DNA of 64,000 bases from assembly GCA_951406725.2 (NCBI GenBank), contig OX597826.1, forward strand, positions 10,106,001 to 10,170,000. Reading direction: 5' to 3'. A program made the translations under genes and the position numbers. Source of the DNA: Octopus vulgaris (Eukaryota). Below are positions 1 through 48,057 of this stretch, one piece after another. The notes under the pieces are model-generated. The model saw only the letters and a program-made list of their open reading frames with translations, ran no database searches and was not told where the DNA came from. The stretch's first letter is position 1. Every line of letters begins with the position of its first letter.

Positions 1-429
1 AAGATGGCTACCCCTGGGGACAATCCATTGCCAAAGTTCGAGACTGATGGAAATCTCTTGTTTGTATCCTATGCTCCATATGGGGTCAAAGAATGCTGTC
101 ATTAATTCTTGAGTCGGATTAAATCAATGATTTCTGCCCATGCTAGAGCACTGCTTAATGACAGTATCTTTTAGAGTTTAGTGCTGGTATTTTTGATTTA
201 TCACTGTTTGTGTGTGTATATGTGTATGCAGTTGAAGAATTAGTGAGTTACTTCAGGCTGCTTATTTATGGTTTGTAGGCTACTGAAGATGACTGTCTGG
301 AAGGTGGAAGAGGAACATACACCACCTTCCTGCTGAAATCTTCAGCAAGAACTGTCACCATATTCTTGAGTCTATGATCAAAAACATGCCATTCATGACC
401 TTTCCATCTCTTTCCTTATGTCAGATATA

Positions 430-717
430 GGTGCAGGCATGACTAGGTACAGGTATGTCTAGATGCAGATATGGCTAGGTTCAGGCATGGCTTGATGCTA
501 GCATAGCTAGGTGCTGGTGTGGCTAAGTGCAGATACGGCTAGGTGCAGGCATGGCTAGGTGCAAGCAAGGCTTGGTGCAGGTATGGCTTGGTGTAGGTAT
601 GACTCGGTACAGGCATGGATTGGTGCCAGCATGGCTTGATGCTGGTTTGGCTAGGTGCAGGCATGGCTAGGTGCAGGCATGGCTTGATGCAGGTATGGCT
701 TGATGCAGGCATGGCTG
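430..717 (+). repeat. 16-bp minisatellite (GGTGCAGGCATGGCTA-like, about 18 units) running into a SINE head
   Basis: Direct tandem units. The last unit continues as ggcatggctgtgtggttaaaaagctt, the 5' end of the abundant SINE family. Confidence 0.85.
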
Positions 718-1418
718 TGTGGTTAAAAAGCTTGGGTACAGTCCCCTCTGCATGGCACCTTGGGCAAGTGTTTTCTTCTATAGTCCTAAACTGACTAAAA
801 CCTCATGAGTGAAGTTGATAGATGGAAACTGAAAAGCTCACGTGTAAGTGTGTGTGTGTGTGTTTGTGTCTCCTGTCCTAAACCTCACATGATAGTTGTA
901 AAACGATTGTCACCGTCATACAAGCGGTGTTGCTCATTTCCAATATTCTGTATAAAATGGGTCTGGCCATGGGGAAGCATTATCTTGCTTAGAAACAGGT
1001 GAGGGCTGGCAACATGAAGGGCATCTCACCATAGAAAAAAAAACTACCCAATAAACCATATTTGAACCATGCAAGCAAAGAAAAGTGGATGTTAAAATGA
1101 TGACGACAATGATGATGATGATGATCGCACACACACACACACACACACACACACGCGTCCATGCACACACACATACACACACTCACACACACAAGCGCAC
1201 ATGCACACGCATGCACACACATGCACACGCATGCACACACGCACACGTGCGTGCACAGTGTACTTTATTGGAAATTTGATCATAAAAGAATTAATGGCGT
1301 TTCAGTCGTTTAAAAGCCTGGGTTACTGATCGAAAGAGCAGGAATCAATGATACACGGCATGATAGATAATATATGAAACACCTGATGTCCCACTTATCG
1401 TACCACAGCCCTATCTAT

Positions 1419-1460
<42 letters not shown>

Positions 1461-1669
1461 CCTTAGCATTTATCATCCTGTTTAGGTTAGGAATAAGCCA
1501 TTGACTAAATTTTGTTGCCAATGATACAATTCAAACAGCAGAGTGTTCTATCAATTGTTCTATCTTAGTGAATTCATTGTTCTTTAGTGCTAACCTTAAA
1601 ATAATTGCCATATTGTGAGATGTGTTCACGACAGAATTCCAACAATTTTATGTTGATTTAGTGTGTATA

Positions 1670-1700
<31 letters not shown>

Positions 1701-1760
1701 TCATTTAGCGTCCGTTTTCCATGCTAGCATATATAATATATATAAATACATATATGTGTG

Positions 1761-1815
<55 letters not shown>

Positions 1816-3828
1816 TTTATATGAGTTCATGTGTTGAAGAATTTTCTGTTGTGTCTGGGGAGAGTCATTTTCTTTTTGTGCCTTATAATTTAACACACTC
1901 ACCAGTAAAATTTCCACTATTCCTTATTTTTATTAAATTTTTGTTGCGTCTTGCAACCTTTTCAATAGTCTTGACTCTGTCCGTTATTTACAGTAATTTA
2001 TTAAAATCTTCATAATATAATTTGATTTTATATCTTTCTGGAATGCCTTTTACCATTTCTTTATGGTTTATTTGCTTCAGTCATTGGACTGTGGCCATAT
2101 TGGAGCACCATCTTGAAGGGTTTAGTTAAATAAATCAGTACCTATTTTTTAAGCCTGGTAGTAGTTTTGTCAGTTTCTTTTGTTGAACTACTAAGTTACA
2201 GGGTTGTAAACAAACCAACACCAGTAATCAAGCAATGGTGGTGAACAACACCAATACAAGTGGTGATGACGAATAACACAAACACAAAGACATACACGCA
2301 TAAACACATCTATCCATCTGTCTGTCTGTCTATACATATATATATATATATAAGACACCATTCGAGCGTGATTGTTACCAGCATCGCCTTACTGGCACCT
2401 GTGCCGGTGGCATGTGTAAAAGATTTGAGCGAGGTTGTTGCCAGTACTGCCTGACTGGCCCCCATGCCGGTGGCACGTAAAAGCACCCACTACACTCTCG
2501 GGGTTGTTGGCGTTAGGAAGGGCATCCAGCTGTAGAAACTCTGCCAGATCAAGATTGAAACCTGGTGCAGCCATCTGGTTTGCCAGCCCTCAGTCATACG
2601 TCCAACCCATGCTAGCATGGAAAGCGGATGTTAAACGATGATGATGATATATATACACACACACACATACATACATACATACATACATAAGGCTTCTTCT
2701 AGTTTCTGTTTACCAAATCCACTCACAAGACTGGTCAGCCCAGGACTATAGTAGATGACATTTGCCCAAGGTGTTGTACAATGGGATTGAACCCAAGACC
2801 ACATGTTTGGGAAGCAAGCTTCTTACCTACACAGCTATGCCTGCACTTTGTTGATATTTCCACTTTGGCACCTCATCACTACTATCCTTCTTCTCAGCTA
2901 CTCCCACCCTTATATAATGCAGTGTTCTCGCGATTCTCCTCTATAGAAAGATACTAAGGCTTGTCTCTCTATCATATTTTAACCTCTGAACACTTGACAT
3001 GAAGCCTCCTCCCTCTCTCTCAAACACTCCCTGCCACTTAGTCGAAGGGACTTTTTCCTGCACTTTTCCTGGCTTGTAAGTTGCTTGGCAAACTTACTAG
3101 AGCTGGTGACATGGGAAAATGGACCCAGTATACCCTGTCAAGTCGTTGGCATTAGGAAGGACATCCGGGGGTAGAAACCACGTCAAAGCTGACGCTGAAG
3201 CTTGATGCAGCAGCTTGCCAGGTCTTGCCACACTATTCAACCAAGCATGGAAATGGATGTTGATGGTGATGACGATGACAGTGATGACATTACTGCTGCT
3301 ATGATAATTTTGTGCATCTATATACAGGGTGGGCCGAAAGTCAGGCATTAAGCTTAAAACAAATTTAATATATATTGCAACCTACAGGCTCACATACACA
3401 CACATATATATATAATACACACACACATGTATTTGTACATGATGAAAGTAATAATGATAATAATAATAATAATAAAATAATATAAAAAATACTAAATGTT
3501 TTGGTGTGTGACTAATGGCCTACCGTGTATATTATGCCTCATTATACGTGTTCAGATCTCATTGATATTAGCTTTGCTTTTCATCTCTTCAATAGCACAA
3601 GTAACAACAATATATTAAGTGTTTTGTCAGCCCACTAATGCTATATATATATATATATATATATAAGATTAGAAGAAAACACCTTTTATCAATTCAAAAT
3701 GAACAATTAAATTATACCATCTAGAAAATTACATATAATAGAAATATTAAAATTAAAATAACAATAAAATACCAATGATTAAGTAAATTGCAAAAAAATA
3801 ATAAGAACGTATATAATTGGTAGAATAA

Positions 3829-3928
3829 ACACACGTGCTTTGTAGCTATATTTAAGAAATGATTATAGTAAAAAAAATATTAGTCGTAGTAAAATCACTT
3901 CGATATAAATATAGCCACTCATCAGGTT
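3829..3928 (-). ncRNA. Degenerate hammerhead ribozyme
   Basis: CUGAUGA, a 13-bp stem II (GUGGCUAUAUUUA/UAAAUAUAGCUAC) and palindromic CACGUG are present, but GAAA is replaced by AAAG. Confidence 0.55.
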
Positions 3929-3971
3929 AAAAATAAACTAGAATAATAAAATAATTAATTAATAAATGTAC

Positions 3972-4034
<63 letters not shown>

Positions 4035-4063
4035 ATCAGAATAAGCAACAAGAATGACTCCGG

Positions 4064-4156
4064 TAATTTGGTACGATCGTTTCGTACTACATCATTTTAT
4101 TAAATGTTGTAAGTATTACAACAGATTTAAAATGCTGAGCACTCATCAGCCAATTA
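4064..4156 (-). ncRNA. Type I hammerhead ribozyme (Penelope-like element type), core intact
   Basis: Minus strand reads UAAUUGG-CUGAUGA-GUGCU...(long hairpin)...AGUAC-GAAA-CGAUCG-UA-CCAAAUUA. Stems I, II and III and the GUA cleavage triplet are all present. Confidence 0.8.
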
Positions 4157-4607
4157 TAGAGGTTTTCCATTAATACAAAAATTTTCACATATATATATAA
4201 AATACTAAATATACATTAAGTGAAAACTTATATATATATATACACATACAAAAAGTGGCACCAATCCAAATTCCAGTTGTATTGGTATATACACATTATG
4301 TATATGCTATGTATGAATGATAAATACTAAGAGGATGGAAAATGTTGTATGCTGACATTGGGAGGTGCTTGGGGTAGAGGAAGACAAAATGAAGTCAGAT
4401 TTGTGGATATTGAATCTCACGGATGAGATGAAACAGGACTGGGACGCATGGGGATTTGTCAGTGATGTTGATCAATCCAGCCCATACCACCTGGTATGTT
4501 AAAAACTGGATTTTAACCTTTGGCCGAAATATTCTACCTGTTCCGTATGTTCAAGCTGGCCAGATCTGGCCTCTCACACCAATCCCACAATGTCATTCTA
4601 AAAATAT

Positions 4608-5002
4608 GGATGGATGGAAGCACTCCGTCGGTAACGACGACGAGGGTTCCGGTTGATCCGAATCAACGGAACAGCCTGTTCGTGAAATTAACGTGTAAGT
4701 GGCTGAGCACTCCACAGACACGTGCACCCTTAACGTAGTTCTCGGGGATATTCAGCGTGACACAGAGAGTGACAAGGCCGGCCCCTTGAAATACAGGTAC
4801 AACAGAAACAGGAAGTAAGAGTGAGAGAAAGTTGTGGTGAAAGAGTACAGCAGGGATCACCACCATCCCCTGCCGGAGCCTCGTGGAGCTTTTTTTAGGT
4901 GTTTTTTTCGCTCAATAAACACTCACAACGCCCGGTCTGGGAATCGAAACCGTGATCCTATGACCGCGAGTCCGCTGCCCTAACCACTGGGCCATTGCGC
5001 CT
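4608..5002 (-). mobile_element. tRNA-derived SINE (family C)
   Basis: Minus-strand head with A box tggcccagtggttagg and B box ggtttcgattccc. TSD CTAAAAATAT. Nearly identical to 10334-10718. Confidence 0.85.
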
Positions 5003-5190
5003 CTAAAAATATACCATCACATTAAATGATGATGATGGTATCATTGAAATACCAAAGCTCCAAGAAAATGTGATTAATACAAAACTATGTAAATCAGTAA
5101 GCATTACCTTTGATAGATTAATCTGAACGGTAAAGGGTTAAAATGGTAATGATAATGTCTAATATATTGATTCTTTTGTCCTTTTTCTAG

Positions 5191-39667
<34,477 letters not shown>

Positions 39668-40044
39668 CACACCTGTTGTGGTGGATACCTGTTTATAATG
39701 GTGGTTTGACCTCCATTTGATGTATTCATATTGACTAGGTCAATTAACTGGCAGAAATGGTAGAGCATCAGATTTAAATACCTTACACTGTATTTCATTT
39801 TGTTCCCCTACATTGTGGGTTCAGTTCTCTGTTGAGGCTGAGTTTGCATTTTCTCCTTTCAGGATTGATAATTGCAAAAATAAACCCATGTGCCTAATCA
39901 AAAGAAATCATTGTAACAGCATTGGTTGTTATATGGGGAAGGTAGCTGAACTGGTGAACCACACAGTGGATACCTTTCTGCCAGGGTTAATTTTTTTTTC
40001 TTCACCTTTCACTTCCCCATGGAAGTGATAAAATGAATACCAAC

Positions 40045-40285
40045 AATAAAATGATTCAATGCAATTGATTATTCATCCATCTCTTTTATACAAAGAAATG
40101 ATTTTGTAGCTGGTTAATGAAAAATTAATTAATGAAAGTGAACATAGTTGCAAATCAAAAACAAAAAATCATTTTTTATAATGAACTGTATAAATGTTTT
40201 ATTAATCTGTAAAGGAAAACAAATTGTTATATATATGTACAAAAAACCCCTGTTTTACCTTCTTTTCTCTACTGTTGGTAATAAA
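40045..40285 (+). terminator. Candidate polyadenylation signals of the STIL 3' UTR
   Basis: AATAAA at 40045-40050 and 40280-40285. The second is followed by T/GT-rich sequence. Confidence 0.45.
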
Positions 40286-40902
40286 TCATGAATTTTGGAT
40301 TGTTGTTCTCTAGTTTTCATTACACACCTTTCACAGTTAGTTCTATATGTAGGCACAGGTATGGCCATGTGGTTAAGAAGCTCACTTTGCAACCATGTGG
40401 TTTCAGGTTCAGTCCCACTGTGTGGAAGCTAAGGCAAATATCTCCCATAGCCCCTTGTGAGTGAATTTAGTGGATGGAAACTATATGGAAGCTTACTATA
40501 TCTATCTGTCTGTCTCTCTCATCATCATTGGAACCCCTTGTCATAAACTTGCTGAACAAATGCAGGAATGTTTTGTTCATATGACCAAGGGCTTGTGCTG
40601 TATTATTAGCTCACTTCCTCACTCAAATCAGCCTTGCTTGTTCCATGTGGCGCAAAGTGTGCCACATGTGAGATGTTGAAGTGATTGCAGAGCAATGTGG
40701 AAGGAAGTGTTCTGTCCAAGAACACAGTGCACTTCCCAGTCCAGGAATCGAAACCACGATCTTGTGATCATGAGTGCAACACCCTAACCAGTAAGCATTT
40801 ATATATGCATATGTGTGTGTGTTTGCGTTTGTGCCCCTCCACTACCACCATGTGACCACCACTGTTTGTTTGTTTTTGTCCCGGTAACTTAAATAGTTCA
40901 AT

Positions 40903-41078
40903 AGGTGCAGGAGTGGCTGTGTGGTAAGTAGTTTGTTTACCAATCACATGGTTCTGGGTTCAGTCCCACTGCATGGCACCTTGGGCAAGTGTTTTCTACT
41001 ATAGCCTCGGGCCGACCAAAGCCTTGTGAGTGGATTTGGTAGATGGAAACTGAAAGAAGCCCGTCGTATATATGTATA

Positions 41079-41116
<38 letters not shown>

Positions 41117-41322
41117 CGTGTGTGTGTGTGTTTGTCCCCCTAGCATTGCTTGACAACCGATGCTGGTGTGCTTATGTCCCCGTTACTTAGCGGTTTGGCA
41201 AAAGAGATCGATAGAATAAGTACTGGGCTTACAAAAGAATAAGTCCCGGGGTCAAGTTGCTCGATTAAAGGCGGTGCTCCAGCATGGCCGCAGTCAAATG
41301 ACTGAAACAAGTAAAAGAGTAA
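40903..41322 (+). mobile_element. tRNA-derived CORE-like SINE (family A) with internal (TA)/(TG) microsatellite
   Basis: Head ggtgcaggagtggctgtgtggtaag...ggttcagtccc, core ggcaccttgggcaagtg, tail gactgaaacaagtaaaagag. Other copies at about 5888-6470, 16689-17095, 20100-20470, 42587-42973, 44535-44910, 47786-48060 (+) and 8300-8685, 23613-23915, 31060-31765 (-). Confidence 0.85.
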
Positions 41323-42350
41323 TAAAAAGAGATCAATAATACAAGTACCAGATTTAAGTCCAGGGGTCAATTTGTTGGACTAAAACCCTTCAAAACGGTG
41401 CCCCCAACATGGTCACACTTCAGTGACTGAAACAAAAAATAAAAACCATGAAATGTTCATGTCAGCATGTAAAGCTGATATTATTAGATAAATCTTAATC
41501 AACTTCTGTGGATTAAGGTTCCAGTTGGATAGAACTTCATAGCGTTAATGATATACATTGATGTAGTGGAGACCCGTCCTGCACAGCAGAAGGGCAAGTC
41601 TGCATCCCCTGGGGAAGAAGATTGGCTTGCAACAATCCTGTGCCGGCACCATGTAAAAAGCACTAGTGCCAGTGGCACATAAGAGTGCTCAGGCTAGTGG
41701 CACATTAAAAGCACCCAGCATACACTGTAAAGTGGTTGGTGTTAAGTAGGGCATCCAGCCGTAGAAACCTTTTGCCAAAACAGACTGGAACCTGGTGCAG
41801 CTCTCCAGTTTGCTGGCTCCAGTCAAACTATATTTGCATACACATGCCTTGACTGGCTTCTGTACTGGTGGCACGTGACCTGCTGTGCTTGAGGAGACCT
41901 ATTGAGTCAAGTACATAAACATCGGAATAAATATCAAATGGAAATAGTAGTTGTGATACCTGTGCAGGTGGCACGTAAAAAGCACCATCCGAACGTGGCT
42001 GATGCCAGCGCTGCCTTGACTGGCTTCTGTGCTGGTGGTACGTAAAAAGCACCAACCGATCGTGGCCGCTGCTACCCTGCTCTGGCACCTGTGCCGGTGG
42101 CACATAAAAAGCACCCACTACACTCACGGAGTGGTTGGCGTTAGGAAGGGCATCCAGCTGTAGAAACACTGCCAGATCAGACTGGAGCCTTGTGCAGCCT
42201 CCTGGCTTCCCAGACCCCAGTCGAACCGTCCAACCCATGCTAGCACGGAAAACGGACGTTAAACGATGATGATGATGCATAAACTAAGAATTTGCAAAAG
42301 AAACTAATAAATTATAGTAACTAAGGAATGTATATACAATTATAAATATT

Positions 42351-43125
42351 TAGGGGTGAAAAAAGTATTCATACAGAATAAATTTATGATTTTCTATGCC
42401 ACAGAATACTGTTAAAATAAATTTTTTTTTACTAGAACTTTCTCGTTTGTTCCAATAATCTTATCAGTTGTCATTTTTAAGTCTCAAAACACTTCTTCAT
42501 TCAGCATTGAGACAACATAAAGTAGTATCGTAATAATGTTGAAAAGTAAAGAACTCACAAATTCAGTGAAAAACTTAATTATTGAAAGCAGGCACAGGAG
42601 TGGCTGTGTGGTAAGTAGCTTGCTAACCAACCACATGGTTCCGGGTTCAGTCCCACTGCGTGGCATCTTGGGCAAGTGTCTTCTGCTATAGCCCCGGGCC
42701 GACTAATGCCCTGTGAGTGGATTTGGTAGACGGAAATTGAAAGAAGCCTGTCATATATATGTATGTGTGTGTGTGTCTGTGTTTGTTCCCCTAGCATTGC
42801 TTGACAACCGATGCTGGTGTGTTTACGTCCCCGTTACTTAGCGGTTCGGCAAAAAGAGACTGATAGAATAAGTACTGGGCTTACAAAAAGAATAAGTCCC
42901 GGGGTCGAGTTGCTCGACGAATGGCGGTGCTCCAGCATGGCCGCAGTCAAATGACTGAAACAAGTAAAAGAGAGGTAAAAGTTACAGGAAAATATCAGAG
43001 ACACTTTGTATTCCATTTTCTACCATATCTTCATTTATTCAAAGATATAAAAAAATCGGGAACTGTTGAAAACAGAATAAGATCTGGTGCACCACGCAAG
43101 ATTTCCCCTAGATCTTTAAGAAAAA
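42351..43125 (+). mobile_element. Tc1-like transposon 5' remnant split by a family A SINE
   Basis: TIR-like ggggtgaaaaaagtattcatac at about 42353. KKSGTVENRIRSGAPRKISPRSLRK at about 43050-43125 resembles the Tc1 transposase GRPRK region. Confidence 0.55.
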
Positions 43126-44671
43126 TGTATGGAAAATGGACGTTAAATGACAATGTATTAAAGCACACACATACTTCAACTTACATTGTTTCAAGTTATG
43201 TCTTTTTTAACTTTACATCTTGTCTTTTTAAAAAAGCTTAATGGGAAAAAATTGAACCTCAACTTCAGCTGGTTTTGTCCGACTTTATATTGGTCTCGGT
43301 GAATATATTTGACCTTTCAACATTTAGATTTTTCTGTCAAACATAAAGCTTATTTATTCACATTGCTTTGATTCAATCATGAATTTATCTTGTAGCTTTG
43401 AGATTTCAATGAGGTCTATTTTTAGAATGTCATTGTAGGGTAAGTGTGAGAAGCTGGATCTGGCCAGTTTGAACATAAAACAAATAGAATGTTTGGGCCA
43501 GATAAAGGATTAAAAAAAAAACCACTTAAAAATCAACACTGATGTGGAAAATCAAATACCCTATCTGTGAAAATATGTACAGGCATAGGTGTGGCTATGT
43601 GGTAAGAAGCTTGCTTCCAAACCATATGGTTCTGGGTTCAGTCACTGCATGGCACCTTGGGCAAGTGTCTTCTACTATAGCCTCAAGTCAACCAAAGCCT
43701 TGTGAGTGGATTTGGTTGATGGAAACTGAAAGAAGCCCATCATATATATGAGTGTGTGTGTCTTTGTGTCTGTGTTTGTTCCCCCACCACTGCTTGACAA
43801 CTGGTGTTGGTACATTTACATCCTTGTAACCTGGCGTTCTGGGGGCTACCTTGAAAAACTTTTAGTCAAATGAATTGACCCCACTACTTAATATTTTTGC
43901 TAAGCCTGGTACATATTCTATCATCCACTTTTGCTGACACTAGTTGTCAAGCAGGGGTCAGGGACACACAGAAACAAAGGCATACACACATAGATATATA
44001 CATATGCGTATATGTATATATCATCATCATCATCATTTAATGTCCGTTTTCCATGCTGGCATGGGTTGGATGGTTTGACTAAGGTCTGGAGAGCCAGTGG
44101 CTGCACCACGTTCCAATCTGATCTGGCAATGTTTCTACAGCTGGATGCCCTTCCTTACACCAACCACTCCGAGAGTGTAGTGGGTGCTTTTTACATGCCA
44201 CTGGCACAGGAGCCAGTCAGGCAGGCCTGGCATCGGTCACGTTCTGATAGTGCATTTTATGTGTCACCGGCACGGGAGCCAATCAGGATATATGTATATA
44301 CATATATGCATGTGTGTGTGTATTTTCTTTCAGTTTCCATTCATGAAATCCACTCAAAAGGCTTTGGTCAGCCGGCAGTTTGTAGATCTTTCATCTTTGA
44401 CATTCATCCTCTTCATTTCTGCAACATAATTTTTCAAATAGTTCAGCTTCACTTGAGATTCATTTGATGCTAGAAACATTTTTTTTTATTCACTCCCTAT
44501 TCTTCTCTTGTTGTTAGATTGAGTTGTTTGTTAGAGCTTGCTTACCAACCACATGGTTCCGGATTCAGTCCCACTGTGTGGCACCTTGGGCAAGTATCTT
44601 CTACTATAGCCTTGGGCTGACCAAAGCCTTGTGAGTGGATTTGGTAGACAGAAACTGAAAGAAACCCGACG

Positions 44672-44714
<43 letters not shown>

Positions 44715-45349
44715 TTGTCCCCTACCAACATTGCTTGACATCGATGGTGGTGTGTTTACGTCCCCGTAACTTAGCGGTTCGGCAAAAGAGACTGATAGAA
44801 TAAGTACTAGGCTTACAAAGAATAAGTCCTGGGGTCGATTTACTTGACTGAAGGCGGTGCTTTAGCATGGCTGCAGTCAAAATGACTGAAACAAGTAAAA
44901 GAGTAAGAGTAACTGACGCTGTTCATGCAGTGGGATTGAACCTCTAACCACGTGGTTCAAAAGCGAACTTCTTAACCACACAGCCATGTCTCATAATAAA
45001 ACAATGACAATTCATAATAACATAATGGAAGGAAGTACAATCACGTACACCGCACCCGATATTAAGCATGTTTGAATGGGTATCCATGCATGTCTGTGTC
45101 TATAAAACAAGCTTAGTTAGTGTTGATTAAATCAACTGGATAATGATTTCCTAGTTAAAAAACCTGATATTACTTATCCTGTAAAGATGACATATCCTGT
45201 AATTGAACCATTATGTTGGTCTCAGCAATGATTATTCTACACGTTCAATCAATGGAATTATCTGCTCAGCGAATTATATCAGTCGTTATAGTGTAACGGC
45301 GGAGTATTCCACATTGTCAATGTGACATTTGTGTGAAAAGGCTGTTCCC

Positions 45350-45774
45350 GGATCTTTTCGGTTTGAACGGCAGTTTTTTAAAATAATTTCCACGTAACTA
45401 AACACTTTTAAACTTCATTTACTGGTAGAATGTGTTTATAAAACATCTTTTTCTCTTGGCTTTATTGAAAAAATTCTATAGTTTGTAAGATATTTGTTGT
45501 TTTTTTTTTCTTCAATTTCTGCAATTTCAACCAATCACTGACGTCTATCGAGGTAAAAAACATTCTGTGCCGTATGAATATGTTCCTCGTTTAAGAAACA
45601 GATTGGGTTTACTTACATTTGTGAAGAAAATAGATACCCTTCCCTCCACCCCTAATCCTAACCCTAACCCTAAAACAGATTGAAATGCAATAGATCGATA
45701 CTAGGGTCATAATTATGGGTGACAATTTCATGTGACACCGCTAGAAAAAACTGCCGTTCAAACCGAAAAGATCC
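45350..45774. mobile_element. MITE with GG-starting TIRs and 8-bp TSD (Merlin-like)
   Basis: TIR GGATCTTTTCGGTTTGAACGGCAGTTTTTT. Perfect TSD CTGTTCCC. Other copies at about 48672-49081, 50835-51245, 62149-62558, and a half copy at 24591-24723. Confidence 0.8.
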
Positions 45775-47920
45775 CTGTTCCCTTTGCATTCATCTCATAG
45801 AGTTCCACATGATCTACGTCTTTCATTGTATAAGCAGTTAAGTGTCCTAAAGTCACTTAACATGATCCTCAAGTAGAATCTGTGTGTTGGAGGGTGGGCT
45901 ATTTAATTACTGGTACAGTGTCCGTTTGATAGGCTTCTATCCAACTTCATTTACAGAGCTTGAGTCAACCTGAAACTAGTCGAAGAAGACACTTGCCTCA
46001 AGTGCCATGCAATGGCAGCCAATTTGGGACATGATTATGAAACAAACTTCTGAACCCTGCTGCACAGCATCATCATTGTCCTCTTCTACCTCCTTGTCCA
46101 CATCTTCATTTTCCTCCTTGTCCTCATCCTCCTCTCCGTCCCCTTTCTCCTCCTCATTCTCTTTCTTGTCCTCCCCTTCTCCTCCAACTCTTGATGAAAA
46201 GCACACAAATCCCAATAGCTCAATCTGTCTAACGGTAGTGTTCTTTTCTACCGTTTAACTGGGGAAAGGGTGGCAGTACCCGTGACATTACAAAGAAGGG
46301 AGAAAGATATCCTTAAGTCAGACTTCTAGCCTAAATGCCTATAAAAGACTAAACACTGATAAAGGAACCTGAGAACCAATCCAAATGATAGATTAGGTCT
46401 GCCACCCAAGAACTTAGAATGCAAAGAGCTGGAATAAATACTACAAAGCATCTCATCTGATGACCTCTCACTTCTTATTTCTTTATTGCCCACAAGGGGC
46501 TAAACATAGAGGGGACAAACAAGGACAGACAAGGGGATTAAGTCGATTACATTGACCCCAGTGCATAACTGGTACTTAATTTATCGACCCCGAAAGGATG
46601 AAAGGCAAAGTTGACCTCGGCGGAATTTGAACTCAGAATGTAACGGCAGACGAAAAACCGCTAAGCATTTCACCTGGTGTGCTAACATTTCTGCCAGCTC
46701 GCCGCCTCTCACTTCTGTTAATCCACAACCTTAGATGATATTTTAGTTTATTGACCCTGAAAGAATGAACAGTAAAACTGCCCTTGAGAAGTTTTTAACC
46801 CAAGAGACAGCTTTGAACTATCTTATGCTCTAACAACTCTTCTTCCAATTTGCCAAAGTTTGTAACATGCAGAGGCATAGCTGAGTGAGAATACCAATTC
46901 TTAAAACTTTTGTAAGGGTTCAAATTGAGGGTAAAGAAAGGTAAAATTTGAGGGCAAAAACTTGGTTAAAAAAAAAAGAATGAAGTGTTTATCTAACAGG
47001 ACAAATATCAAAAATTTAGATCAGGTGTCAGTCACAGGTGAACTGTAGTCCATTATGTGTTAGTAAGGTGGTCACTGAGGGCCATAGAACTTTTCTTTAA
47101 AAATGTTTAAGTTAATTGTATTTGTATTAGGATTTGTTTAACCCTTTCATGATCAACCCGGCTGAAACCGGCTCTGACTCTGAGTACAAATGTCTTGCTT
47201 TCATAAATTTTGAATTAAAATCTTCCACCAAACCTTAGTCACAATTTATGTTCCTAACACTAGCTGAATGATAACCAAGTTATTTTACTAAATTCTTTGT
47301 TATATTTAAAGTAATTGAAAGAAACACAGAGCATCTCAAAATAAATACAGTAATGAAAGGGTTCTGCCAATCATGAACCTGTAGTGATGGTTTTATATCT
47401 TAGATACATCTATATATAATCAATATCTGATATAAAGATTAATTGGTTGATTGATTTCTCTAGTGACCCTTTACATTGTAGAGAAAGAGAGAGAGAGATG
47501 GAGAGAGTAAACGAGAGAGTGAACATAAGAGGTGAAGGTTGCGTATCTTAAAGCTTTCTGAAAAATATGCATTTTTAATGAAATTTTGCAGAGACAAGTT
47601 TCTGAGGGACTAGATTGTGATAGAATTTAGATAAATTATCACATATTTATTACCAATATACAAATGAGAAACTTATTTTATTTTATTTTAAGGTAAATAA
47701 ACATATTTCTTTGGAAAGTTTGTACTCATTTAATCATTTTGTATATGTACTAAGAAATTTGATAAAAGTTAACTTATATTTATTGTAGCTTGCTTACCAA
47801 GCACATGGTTCCGAGTTCAGTCCCATTGTATGGCATCTTGGGCAAGTGTCTTCTACTATAGCCTCAGGCTGACCAAAGCCTTGTGAGAAGATTTGGTAGA
47901 CAGAAACTGAAGGAAGCCTG

Positions 47921-47976
<56 letters not shown>

Positions 47977-48057
47977 GTTGTGTGTCTGTGTTTGTTCCCC
48001 CAGCATCGCTTGACAACCGATGCTGGTGTGTTTACATCCCCGTAACTTAGTGGTTGG

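Noticed and set aside
4930-5003. tRNA-like sequences (also 10645-10718 and 15850-15925)
   Set aside because: These are SINE heads that continue into SINE bodies with TSDs and lack a complete acceptor stem.
41828-42280. Recurrent ORFs containing FLQLDALPNANHSESVVGAF
   Set aside because: This is the antisense reading of family E repeats, with variable frames and ends, not a gene family.
45976-46258. Acidic or Ser-rich ORFs on both strands
   Set aside because: They come from a low-complexity (TCC/TCA)n tract following a SINE fragment.
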